64,000 bases of DNA from the NCBI GenBank assembly GCA_964016885.1, contig OZ024759.1:14880001-14944000 (forward strand), written 5' to 3'. Source of the DNA: Eledone cirrhosa (Eukaryota). Below the pieces are notes generated by a model that saw only the letters and a program-made list of their open reading frames with translations, ran no database searches and was not told the origin of the DNA. Position 1 is the stretch's first letter. The number at the start of each line of letters is the position of its first letter. A program made the translations under genes and the position numbers. This document shows, piece after piece, positions 53,488 to 64,000 of this stretch.

Positions 53488-53795
53488 TATTCTAAGGCGG
53501 GTAAAATTCCCGAGATCCATGGACGAGTTCTCTCCAGCGGTCTCTGTCCCTCATTATCGCTGCCATGTCCTGCGTCTCCAACAGACCAGTGTCTGTCCTT
53601 AGGGCATCAACATACGTTAACCTTGGTCTTCCTCTTCTAGTGTGTCCATGTAGGGGCTCCCAAAGGAGCACTGAGTGCACTGTCAAATCTGGATGTCGGT
53701 GAGCCTGTCCAGCTAACCTCAGTCTCCTCTGTGTCACTTTTGAGCTGACTTTTGGGATGCTCCCATACAGCTCTGAGTTTTTCATCCTCAGTGTA
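53488..53795 (-). mobile_element. RTE-clade LINE 3' fragment
   Basis: RRLRLAGQAHRHPD...LLWEPLHGHTRRGRPRLTYVDAL...DRDRWRELV; short tagaa tail. Confidence 0.85.
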
Positions 53796-53813
53796 TACTG
53801 GTATATATATATA

Positions 53814-53871
<58 letters not shown>

Positions 53872-53879
53872 CAAAGCTA

Positions 53880-54175
53880 CAGTCAGTAGGCACCTCTAAA
53901 CCCAATGCAAACCACACACCCCACCCCATCCTCACTTTCCCGTTCCGTCCACTGCGTCGATGATAACAGTCCACACTGTAAGTTGGTCGTGTAGGAGACA
54001 CGGTAAAAAGAATCTCAGTCCACACTGTAAATGTGGTTAGTGTTAGGTAGGGCATCCAGCTTTAAAAAACCCTGCCAGAGACACGGTCTTGCGACTATTC
54101 CCGCTTCAAATGGAACCAAACCGTCTAACCCATGGTAGCATGGAATGTGGACGTTAAACGACGAGGATGATCATG
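53880..54175 (+). mobile_element. SINE/LINE-tail fragment
   Basis: agggcatccagc...aacccatggtagcatggaa...ggacgttaaacg followed by a (gat)-like tail. Confidence 0.55.
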
Positions 54176-54184
54176 ATATATATA

Positions 54185-54490
54185 TATTATTGAGTAAACT
54201 GACAGGAGGCTGGACAGGTGAAATTCCTTCAAAGATTTTTAATAAATCTTTTAATAAATCTTTTAATAAATCTTTTAATAAATCTTTAATAAATCTTTGA
54301 ACGAATTTCACCAGTCCAGCCTCCTGTCATTTTCCTCAATAATAATTAACTCGTTCTCGCACTACCAACAAGATTCAACATAAACGAAGATGGATGAGTT
54401 GCATTGCGTCGAGTGCTTTTCCTAATATCGCATCACGGTTGATTATACGGAATGACCGGTTCTATCCCGTGGTGAACCAACCAACCTAAA
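54185..54490 (+). mobile_element. Fold-back element, family C
   Basis: Arms 54185-54238 and 54291-54344; loop of about five 12-mers; 145-nt tail into TA. Confidence 0.75.
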
Positions 54491-55102
54491 TATATATATT
54501 GTTGATATATATATTGTTGATCTTATTGACTGATGAATAGCTCTTGTTTATTTTAACATGTCTGTTGAGCACTCTGATTCGATATGTGATAATTTGTATT
54601 CTTACATAATTTACATATCACCGAATTCTTTCGCTAATATAAGGGTTCCCTCCCTTGCTGAATACCATGTGCGTTGTTTGGCTTCGGGGCCCCTCTGTAT
54701 TATGGAACGAAATACTCGTTGATAAAGCATTTCCTCGTTCCTCTCTTATCTATAAGTCTTATATATCTTTTATGTGGGCTGATAGTGATTGGATTAAGGA
54801 ATTGCAGAAACCCAAGAAGCTAGATTTAACATCGTTCTAGCGGGTCCGGGTAAGTTTTTTACATTCATTTAATTTATTAAATTATTGATATTTTATTTGA
54901 GTGACCCGAATCTTCCTGGTCATTCTTTTTCGGCTGCATGGGTGATTTTAGGCATGACCTCTATGTGTTGGTATTTTAACGATAGTTATAGCTCTGATTT
55001 TTCCAAATTATTGAGCCCTCTGCCACATATATCGGATATTGTTTATCGTGATTTCGTGGGCTGATATTCCGATTCTCGATTATTCTACTAAATATATATA
55101 TA

Positions 55103-55250
55103 GACAAACTTAACTAGAAAATAGTGTTTTGGGACGCGAGCGTATTAGAATTCTCAGGAAAATGGGAAAACTCGGCGTATGGATGCTGTTAGAACAGAAA
55201 AATACCGTCTTAGCTTCCATACGCCGAGTTTTCTCATTTCCATGAGAATT
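55103..55250 (-). mobile_element. Fold-back element, family D
   Basis: Arms 55149-55183 and 55216-55250, tail on the left, TA flanks. Confidence 0.65.
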
Positions 55251-55284
55251 GTATATATATGTATATATATATAAATATATATAC

Positions 55285-55720
55285 ACGATATTAACAATGG
55301 AAACTATATTTATAAAACCATATTTATTTCATTATACATATTTCAAGGACAGCAAGTTAAATTATGGTGTGCTTTCATCAGATAAAATATAATATAGACC
55401 TGTTTTATAAATAAATATTGATATACCCTTAAAGAATGCAACCATTTCTGTTGGAAGCTCCGGAACAGTATGGTTGCATTCTTTAAGGGTATCTCAATAT
55501 TTATTTATAAAACTGCTCTATATTATATTTTATCTGATGAAAGCACACCATAATTTAACTTGGTGTCCTTGAAATATGTATAATGAAATAAATATGGTTT
55601 TATAAATATAGTTTCCATTTGTTAATATCGTATTTTTACTCCAATTATTTGTTGAGTGCTTTATATCAGTTATAAAAATATTTGCTTGTTGTATCCCAAC
55701 AATTTAAATTGAACTTTCAC
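55285..55720 (+). mobile_element. Fold-back hammerhead element, family A copy 3
   Basis: Arms 55285-55452 and 55464-55631, tail to 55720. Confidence 0.87.
55526..55590 (+). ncRNA. Minimal type-I hammerhead ribozyme motif (A3)
   Basis: TATTTTAT-CTGATGA-AAGCACACCA...TGGTGTCCTT-GAAA-TATGTA-TA|ATGAAATA. Confidence 0.8.
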
Positions 55721-55774
<54 letters not shown>

Positions 55775-55783
<9 letters not shown>

Positions 55784-56055
55784 AATAACAGATTAAAGTT
55801 TAAGCAAAGAATCGCTGCTTTCACCCTTAACGGGATCTTCTGAAACTAACAAAGTCAATCTGTAAACGCAGAAGTGGATATTTCAAAAAACATTGCAACC
55901 GGAGGAAGATCCCGTTAAGGGTGAAAGCAGCGACTCTTTGCTTAAACTTTAATCTGTTATTTTAATAAATATTTGCTCTACGGTTCTTATATATTTGATA
56001 TATATTTATCCTTATCGAGCCCTCTTTGGATTTTAGTCTTCAATTTTATTATTAT

Positions 56056-56058
<3 letters not shown>
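55775..56058 (+). mobile_element. Fold-back element, family F
   Basis: 66-bp arms 55775-55840 and 55905-55970, then tail; a deleted relative lies at 51150-51250. Confidence 0.72.
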
Positions 56059-56100
<42 letters not shown>

Positions 56101-56101
<1 letters not shown>

Positions 56102-56390
56102 GGTAATGAGTAAAGACCCCTTTCGGTTACGAATAACCATGGGATTTGTACCGAGAAAGATCCTCTCCGAGACACAAGTACGGGCAAGGTTGTTTGTGGA
56201 AGACCACCAGTCGCCCATGCATACCAGTCTCTCCTCTCCACGCCACGGATATTGTCCAAAGGAAAGGCAATGGCCGATACAGCTTGGCACCAGTGACGTA
56301 GCAACTCATTTCTACAGCTGAGTGAACTGGAGCAACGCAAAGCCCGGTCCGAGAATCGAACTCACAACCTCTCTCTAAATACTAAACCAT
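56101..56390 (-). mobile_element. tRNA-derived SINE, third family
   Basis: Reverse complement gagttcgattctcggaccggg...ccagttcactcagctgtagaaatgag; body related to 18314-18395. Confidence 0.7.
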
Positions 56391-57024
56391 TCGCGCTCTC
56401 TCTCTCTATATATATATATATATGTATATATGATATATATATATATGATATATATATATATGATATATATATATGATGTAGAACACTCATGTATCCGTAG
56501 TAGTAGAGCACTCAGTCCTTGGCTCGAGTTTAAAATGAGCTTATGATCCAAGTAAGGTGAAACAATTGTTCTTGGAAATGGTGAATTAACTGTTGTGGAA
56601 CTACTTTTATATATATATATATATATATATACTCAAGCAAGTATTAGTCACAAGGATTTATTAAGTGTTCTTAATGGCTGCACAACTGGCTTTCAGAAAC
56701 CACAACCTCCGTCAAAATATTTAGCGTTAGCTCCATATAGCTGCTGACAAGAAACTTCCAAGTAGAAGTTCTTCAGTGAAGAAACCCCACTCAAGTGTTT
56801 CGGCCTTTACCGCCTTACACACAAAGAGGGCCAGGATCGCATCTAAGTTATGACACCTGGGTGCCCCTCTGTTCTCATTTAGCCATTCGGATATCAGGGA
56901 GTTGTTGTGTAGATATTGGTTTACAAGATTTGCTTTTAAACTCATATTTAAATACTTTCTTCAACTTGCAAAATAACGTTGGGAGATATAATTGTTTTAC
57001 TTTTTTCACGAGTGTTTTTCTGGC

Positions 57025-57137
57025 GCTTATTTTATCGATCCCGTAAGGATGAAAGGCAAAGCTAACCTCAGCGGGATTTGAACTCAAACCATAAAGAGCC
57101 GTAACTCTATGCTACAAAACATGGCGTCCGACCCTCT
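57025..57137 (-). mobile_element. OK-like SINE fragment
   Basis: tttatcgatcccgtaaggatgaaaggc...gatttgaactc...atggcgtccgaccctcta. Confidence 0.82.
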
Positions 57138-58167
57138 AATTTTAACGTTAATCCATCGGTTGGCTTGGCAGTAAAAATAGTCAGTGGACCGTCGGACAAA
57201 AGCATATATATGGCGGTATCTTGTAGCATTGACTAGAGTGTGTGTCTGTCTGTGTGTGTATCCGTGTGTCTGCTTTTATTTGAAGTAGTTTTCTTGTGTG
57301 TGCCTGTGAGTATACGTACTTGTGTGTGTGTGTGTGGGGGGGGGGGGCTGTGGATTATTTATGCATATACATACCTATACATATACATATATACATATAC
57401 ACACATATATAGACACATATATACACATATATATATATATATAGACATATATATCCACACACATATATATCCACACACACATATATATATATATACACAC
57501 ATATACATACATACATACATATATATACACACATACATATACGCATACATATATATACACACATACATATATACATATGTATATACATGCATTGATTACT
57601 CCATTTGTGGTCTCCCCGGTCTCAGCAAGGCACACACGTACACTCATACATATATATATATTTATATCCATCCTTGTATATTTTTATGTCTGTATGTATA
57701 TAAGTATCTACTTTATATATATATGTGTGTGTCTGTGTCTGTGTGCGCCTGTGTGTCTCTGTGTGTGTGAGTGTGTGTATGTATGGCGTCGTGACCTGAG
57801 ATATTTAATCATAACGTCGAAATATCATCAATAAATCATATAAATACTTCACAAACATTTCCGGAGATGCCATCTTTTCTGTGTAATTTGACAGCCATCT
57901 TGCCTCTCTTATCCATATATTTACATACAGACATAAAATCGCTGCAAGATTTTATCACCAAAAACCCAAACATCAAAAAATTCTTACCAACTCAAAATAA
58001 CAAAAGACCATTGAATGAAATCTAAAATGGAAGTACACGTTAATATCTACGCATGCGCCTGAATGTATTCCTTTTCATACTTTATGCTTTTGTCTTTTGT
58101 CTCCCTTCGATACATCATTGTCATTACATCCCACAGAAAATAAGTCGGATAACTTGTAACAGACTTC

Positions 58168-58214
<47 letters not shown>

Positions 58215-58233
58215 TAAATATACATATATATAC

Positions 58234-58266
<33 letters not shown>

Positions 58267-58473
58267 ATATATAGATATCTATAATTATATATATATATAC
58301 ATGTAATATATAGAGATCTATAATTATATATAGAGAGAGATCTATAATTATATATATATATAGAGAGAGAGAGAGAGATAGAGAGAGAGAAAGAAAGAAA
58401 GAAAGAGAGAGAGAAAGAGAGAGAGAAAGAGAGAGAAAGAAAGAGAGAAAGAAAAAGAGAGAGAGAGAGAAAT

Positions 58474-58605
58474 AGTCAGAACCCCGACGACAGAACTCAA
58501 GCCATTTCGACAGCTATGTCTGGACCCACTCTACAACTCAAAGTATCGATTACTCGATACTTTGTTGAGTTATGGTCCACCTGGTTCCTTGCCACACATA
58601 CTTCG

Positions 58606-58607
<2 letters not shown>
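58474..58607 (+). mobile_element. Family B copy 5 (right arm deleted)
   Basis: Inverted arm 58474-58524 joins the tail directly; extra local hairpin aaagtatcga/tcgatacttt. Confidence 0.7.
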
Positions 58608-58670
<63 letters not shown>

Positions 58671-58689
58671 GTCAATAGACAAGATCCCA

Positions 58690-58914
58690 GACTTCGTTCG
58701 CTTAACGAGTTGGGTGGGAGGTCCTCAAATCGGAAACAATGTTTTAGACCTTGTCTTTTCAATTGCTAATACTAACTGTCAGTCGCAAGTCGAGGCAGAA
58801 GGAGCAATGTGAAATAAAGTGTCTTGCTCAAGGTCATAACGCATCACCCCGGTCCGGGAATCGAAATCAGAACTTCTTGATTGCGAATCCAATTCCTCTA
58901 ACCACTCAGCCACG
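58690..58914 (-). mobile_element. CORE-type (OR-like) SINE
   Basis: gtgaaataaagtgtcttgctcaagg...gaatcgaa...ctctaaccactcagccacg. Confidence 0.85.
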
Positions 58915-58948
58915 CTTCTTCACTAATGTGCGTGCGTGCGTGTCTTCT

Positions 58949-59340
58949 TCACCCACTTATTCCTGAGAAGTTTGTGGGGTCAGAAACAACAGTCTCCATC
59001 CGATCCGGCTGGATCCCAAAGTGGGACCAGCCAAGCTCAAGGATGTTATCCAACCATCTTGCTCGGGAATTGACCCCGAGTCTCCTGATGGTCGGTTTTG
59101 CCCGTAAAATATCTCCAGAGATTCTTTTCTGAGACATTCTAACCACATGCCCATAGTATCGAAGCTGTAATCTCTCAATTTGGAGAATGAGCGGGTCCAC
59201 CTGGAGTGACACACTGATCTTCGAGCTATGCACTGTAGCGAGTAACGTTACTCCAAAGACACTTCGGACGCACCACATTTCGGCTACTTGTATTCGAGAT
59301 CGTATTCTTTCGGTGATTACCCAAGATTCATAACCATAAG
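58949..59340 (-). mobile_element. RTE-clade LINE C-terminal fragment
   Basis: IQVAEMWCVRSVFGVT...IERLQLRYYGHVVRM...RARWLDNI. Confidence 0.85.
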
Positions 59341-59750
59341 TAAGGAGCAGAAACTAGTGGAGGAAGCTAGATTCTACAGGCTAGATACAGTCAGGGTTTC
59401 CCCCACAAAGTTTCGTATCTCTGACACTGTAGATTTGCATGGAGGATGGAAACTAAAACTATTCAGGTGTGGCAAAAGAAATGACTTCACATGTGGCAGT
59501 GGGGATACTCACAAACCCACGACTGTCAGAATGTGTTATGGACTGGATCCCGTTAAGAGGGAGAATTTGCTTCATAAAGCTGAGGCAGAAAGATATGCAG
59601 GTAGTGCACGTTTAAATACTAAACAAGGAGTCCAAATGCAGGTCCTTCCTTGATTAAGTCACTTCAACGTTAGATGTAGTTAAGACTGAACCATATATCC
59701 TGATGGAAGAATTCATTGCACATGTTGGCACTGACGACCCGACATGGTTT
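59341..59750 (+). mobile_element. RTE-clade AP-endonuclease fragment
   Basis: KEQKLVEEARFYRLDTV...GGWKL, and in a shifted frame VAVGIL...WIPLRGRIC...ILMEEFIAHVG (decayed GDFNAHVG). Confidence 0.75.
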
Positions 59751-60438
59751 CATAGATGTTACCCTATGTTCAACCATTCCAAGTAATTGTTAGCCTTGGA
59801 CCTAACTTTAGAAACTGCTATACAGAAGATTTGGCTGCTATTTTTAGCAAAACAATCGGCCGTTTAACAAACCTTCTTATTCTAATATCTGTTTAGTTTT
59901 AACAATGACTTGAACAGCTTTTTGAAGATCCTTGGCGCGATTTGACTCAGAGAGCAGAGAGTCGAAACGATAATGGCAAAACATTCTCTACGACTTTCAA
60001 AAGACTTCACCACCTATACTTGATCAGCTGTACAACGTTAAAACAGTGTGACTGCTATTTCTAGCATGAGAGTCAACCTATCAACAGACCCTCTTCATTA
60101 TTTTAGTTTTAACACTGACCTGATCAGCTGTACAACGTTAATACATTAATTAAAACGTATAATAACGTTGGACAATATTCAAAGCAATTTCCTTTCCAGC
60201 GAATCAGCCATTCCGCCATGTTGTAGCTATCTGATGCTGATGTTGTCACTATATGCGAGTGTGTATATGTGTATCTCAGTGTGTGCGTGTATGTGTGTGT
60301 GTCTGTGCGTGTATGTGTGTGTGTCTGTGCGTGTGGGTATGTGTGTCCATGAGTGTGCTTTTGTATGTGTGTGTACGTGTGACTGTGTTTGTGACTGCAA
60401 GAGTGTGTGTGTGCGAGAGAGAGTGCGAAAGTGTGTGT

Positions 60439-60828
60439 GCAGGGGCCTTATCAGGAGACGCTGTGTAGACTGGGTTCGATGCCACAGTCATACACAATGT
60501 CCCCATCCTTTAAATAACCCCATTTTGCAAGAATGTTGCGACTTTTGCACGTACAGTACAGTAGTTAGTATTAGTGGCTATTAGACATAGTGTATCTAGG
60601 ACTATATTATCCAATGTACAATTCTTCTTGTCGTGTCCACAAGAGTGTCAGTTATAAAGCTTGGCTAGATGTGCTTCTGCCATAGCTAAATACATTGCTG
60701 TCCTTTCTCATTAAACTCTGCCAAGTCCAATGCTGTGCAGGGGTGTTCCAACAGGGGGCATATCAGAGGGTGCTGTGTAGTCTGTGGTTCGATGCCACAG
60801 TCACACACAACGTTCCAACCCTTTAAAT
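60439..60828. repeat. Diverged 75-bp direct repeat pair
   Basis: gctgtgtag.ctg..gttcgatgccacagtca.acacaa...cctttaaata near 60460 and 60772. Confidence 0.75.
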
Positions 60829-61485
60829 ATCGCTATAGGGGTAAGATGTCGGCTGTTATTTCTAGCAAGTAGCTCGATGACACACAACCTCAGCAGGTAT
60901 ATTCAGTAATTTATACATACTTGACAAACATTCATTCCAATCACAAACAGCGAAATATTTGATGCGAACATAAAAACAATAGGTAAATGAACAAAATGAA
61001 CACAATGAACACAAACTATAATGGCGTACATTAATTAACGCTACAATTTATCTTGTTAATGTCTTCTTACACGACAATGTTTTTTAATGCATTTAAAAAA
61101 AAATGTTTCAAAATGTTTTTTTATCAAGGAACAGAAAAATAAATTGGTTATCAAAAAGAAAAAAAATATCACGATATATTTATTCAATTAAGATGGCTAA
61201 ATTTTCTCTCAAATAGAATTATATATATGTATGTATGTATGTATGGAGGTAGGTATTTATACATATATATGCACATACACACGTACATGTACACACGCAC
61301 ATGTACACACGCACATGTACACATATATACACTCATGTATATACACATATACATCTATAAATATGCATGCACATATATAATCACACACGCACACGTACAT
61401 GTACATGTACACATATATACAATCATGTATATACATATACACATATACATCTATAAATATACATGCACATATATAATCACACACG

Positions 61486-61517
<32 letters not shown>

Positions 61518-62285
61518 ATCTTTTTTTGTCTAGACACATCTAGTCAGCTGAAGCCATGATTAATTAAGATGTTGCATTGGTGAAGATTTTCAATGGCGTC
61601 AGTAATACCTTGTGGTGTTGTTTTCGTTTGCTAACATCTTTTACTGTATACGGTGGGAACGGTTTGCATATGATCCCTTTTCTCTGACTATGTATATATG
61701 AGAGTGTATATATGTGTAAATGTACATACATATATATATATATATATGTATATACATACATATATGTATACATATATATATATCAGAGTGCGTATGTGTA
61801 CTCCACTTTTCCCATCAAAGCTCTGTATACAGATATACACAGCCTTATATTAACATACTTTTGCTCAAAGCTTCGTACTTACAAGCACATTTACACACAT
61901 TTTTACTAACATAAACACACACATATCTTCTTAGCTTCGTACGGACGTATAACACACACACACAAACACACACACACAAGTATAGCTCTTTATAAAAAAC
62001 CGTTTCTTTCATTTTCAGGTAGACGCGTTCCACCATCCACTTTTCTAAAAATATAAATCATACTCAAAACGCAAACATCAACAGTTTTCCAAGAGATGTC
62101 AACTGAATGTACCTGCTATTTTTATCTGAAGACATATTTTCCAATTCCACCCCGCCCATCCCTTCAATCTATCTTATTTCTCATTCTTTCTTCTGGGGAA
62201 GGACTAGCGTCCGAAACGTTAAGCTAAGCCCCCTTTCCTGATTTTTCAGGCGTTAACCTAATATATTCCTTCCATATACTTACAG

Positions 62286-62335
<50 letters not shown>

Positions 62336-62376
62336 TTATTTATACATAAACACACAATATATATATATATACATAT

Positions 62377-62919
62377 GGTGGCTGCCAACTCGTTTTCGAG
62401 TACGGCCACTACTTTATATCCATGTAGGAGAACCCCTACCGATGCGCTGAACGAGTGTGACTTTTTAGTCCAGCCAGCGACTTGAAAACTCTGGTACAAA
62501 CACTACACTTGTGACAATTATTGACACCTAGTGCTGGGCCCATGGTACCATGTGATGACAAGTGCAGAGAGATATCCAGATATAAAGCAATGCCTGTGCC
62601 GTGAAGCTTTTATAGTGAGCAAAGGCACTGCACAAAGCCAATCCCACTCTCTTAACCAAGATGATATTTACCAAAAGGAAGAACAAGTCAACATCATTGG
62701 ATACCATCAGGGTTGCAGGTGTTATATCAGAATTTTCCTTCTCCTAGAATTCTGCCTTGACAAAGGCTAAGGGGTCATCTCTCCCGGAGATTTTGGATGG
62801 CCATTGACTCTTAAGAGCTCCTTTGCCCTTGGGGTTGCCAGTTTAGTCGCCAACGACCTGACCATGGGACAGGTTGCACTGGGATACATGTTACCAGTAG
62901 CACCAACTGGTGACCTGAC
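62377..62919 (-). mobile_element. Possible RTE-type 5' UTR-derived repeat
   Basis: Reverse complement ttagcctttgtcaaggcagaattctaggagaaggaaaa resembles a motif recalled from RTE 5' UTRs; GC-richer island between TA tracts. Confidence 0.4.
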
Positions 62920-63105
62920 ATACATATATATATATACATATACACACATACATACGTACGTGTGTGTGGAAAATATACTGTTGATATATCAACAGTAAGG
63001 CGTTCAGTGAGCTATATTCTAAGGGAATCAAACACGGGTAGGTTACGTAATAAATGTATTAACTGTTGAACTTGGTGAATTACTTCTGTTACATGTATGT
63101 GTGTT

Positions 63106-63138
<33 letters not shown>

Positions 63139-63142
<4 letters not shown>

Positions 63143-63392
63143 GAAAGGATTACAAAAGAGAATACATACTGTTAGAACATGCTTATATAAACATGTTCTA
63201 ACAGTCTATATTCTTCTTTGTAATCCTTTCATTTGTAACCGCTCTGCTTATATTCTCGCCCACTAAATATTAACGCTTCCGATATTTAACCCTGTAGGCA
63301 CAAGTATTGAGCACAAATGCACCAGCTTTTGGCACTAATTATATGTATCGCTTATCCCTTTAAACCTCTACTCTCTCACGATACTAAAATAT
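63139..63392 (+). mobile_element. Fold-back element, family G
   Basis: Arms 63139-63181 and 63192-63234; tail contains caagtattgagcac. Confidence 0.65.
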
Positions 63393-63442
63393 TCTCTCTC
63401 TCTCTCTATGTATATATATATATATATATTTTTTTTTTTTTA

Positions 63443-63650
63443 CTCGATCGACTTTCGTCAAATCGGACCGAGGAAACAATGTTTTCGTCGGTCTTTCCAG
63501 TTGCTAATACTATCTATCGGTCGCAACTCCAGGTAGAAGGAGCAACGTGAAATAAAGTGTCTTGTTCAAGGACATAACGCATCGCCCGGTCCAGGAATCG
63601 AACTCACAATCTCAAGATTGTGAATCCAATTCTCTAACCACTCAGCCACA
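63443..63650 (-). mobile_element. CORE-type (OR-like) SINE
   Basis: Reverse complement aligns along 35058-35267. Confidence 0.87.
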
Positions 63651-63656
63651 CACATT

Positions 63657-63695
<39 letters not shown>

Positions 63696-63701
<6 letters not shown>

Positions 63702-63739
63702 ACTTGACTTGGTTATTGTTTTCATTGTTAAATTAATAT

Positions 63740-63782
<43 letters not shown>

Positions 63783-63912
63783 TATTAATTTAACAATGAA
63801 AACAATAACCAAGTCAAGTTATTTTACCTATTCATATCATTGTTTTACGATCGTTTCAGAGGGTTGATGATATTGACTGATCTATAGTAGGTCTATAACT
63901 GTATACCATCAG
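63696..63912 (-). mobile_element. Inverted repeat with (TA)n loop and hammerhead-like remnant (family H)
   Basis: 46-bp arms 63696-63741 and 63780-63825; reverse complement of 63846-63857 reads GAAA-CGATCG-TA. Confidence 0.6.
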
Positions 63913-64000
63913 ACGTCATATATAAATTCGATCAAACCGTCTTCTTCGGAAGCAATGAAGTTATAATCTTCATTGGTAGTATATAAACAGGGTAGATACA

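Noticed and set aside
54500-55090. Unique-looking segment sharing ataccatgtgcgttgtt with 46631
   Set aside because: No recognisable translation, and a single 17-bp match is too little to assign it to a family

Overview
Eukaryotic, very AT-rich, repeat-saturated DNA with no intact protein-coding gene. The SINE families resemble octopus OK/OR-type tRNA-derived SINEs, so the source is probably an octopod cephalopod (inference). Roughly 40% of the window is (TA)n-based microsatellite, which produces all the long IY/YI ORFs, and there is a 200-N gap. The rest holds SINEs and decayed retroelements: CRE-clade, RTE-clade, L1/Tx1-clade and one Penelope-like element (PLE) with RT and GIY-YIG remnants. 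The main signal is non-coding. About a dozen short fold-back elements from several unrelated families sit inside (TA)n tracts and share one layout: inverted arm, loop, arm, unique 3' tail. The best-supported family (A, 6 copies) carries an intact minimal type-I hammerhead ribozyme fold with covarying stem II, a fixed GGTATGTCA boundary, and a hairpin tip that differs in every copy. This looks like a set of non-autonomous, ribozyme-bearing, microsatellite-targeting PLE/retrozyme-like elements whose palindromes form at each insertion. All alignments and folds were done by eye; coordinates of degenerate features are approximate.
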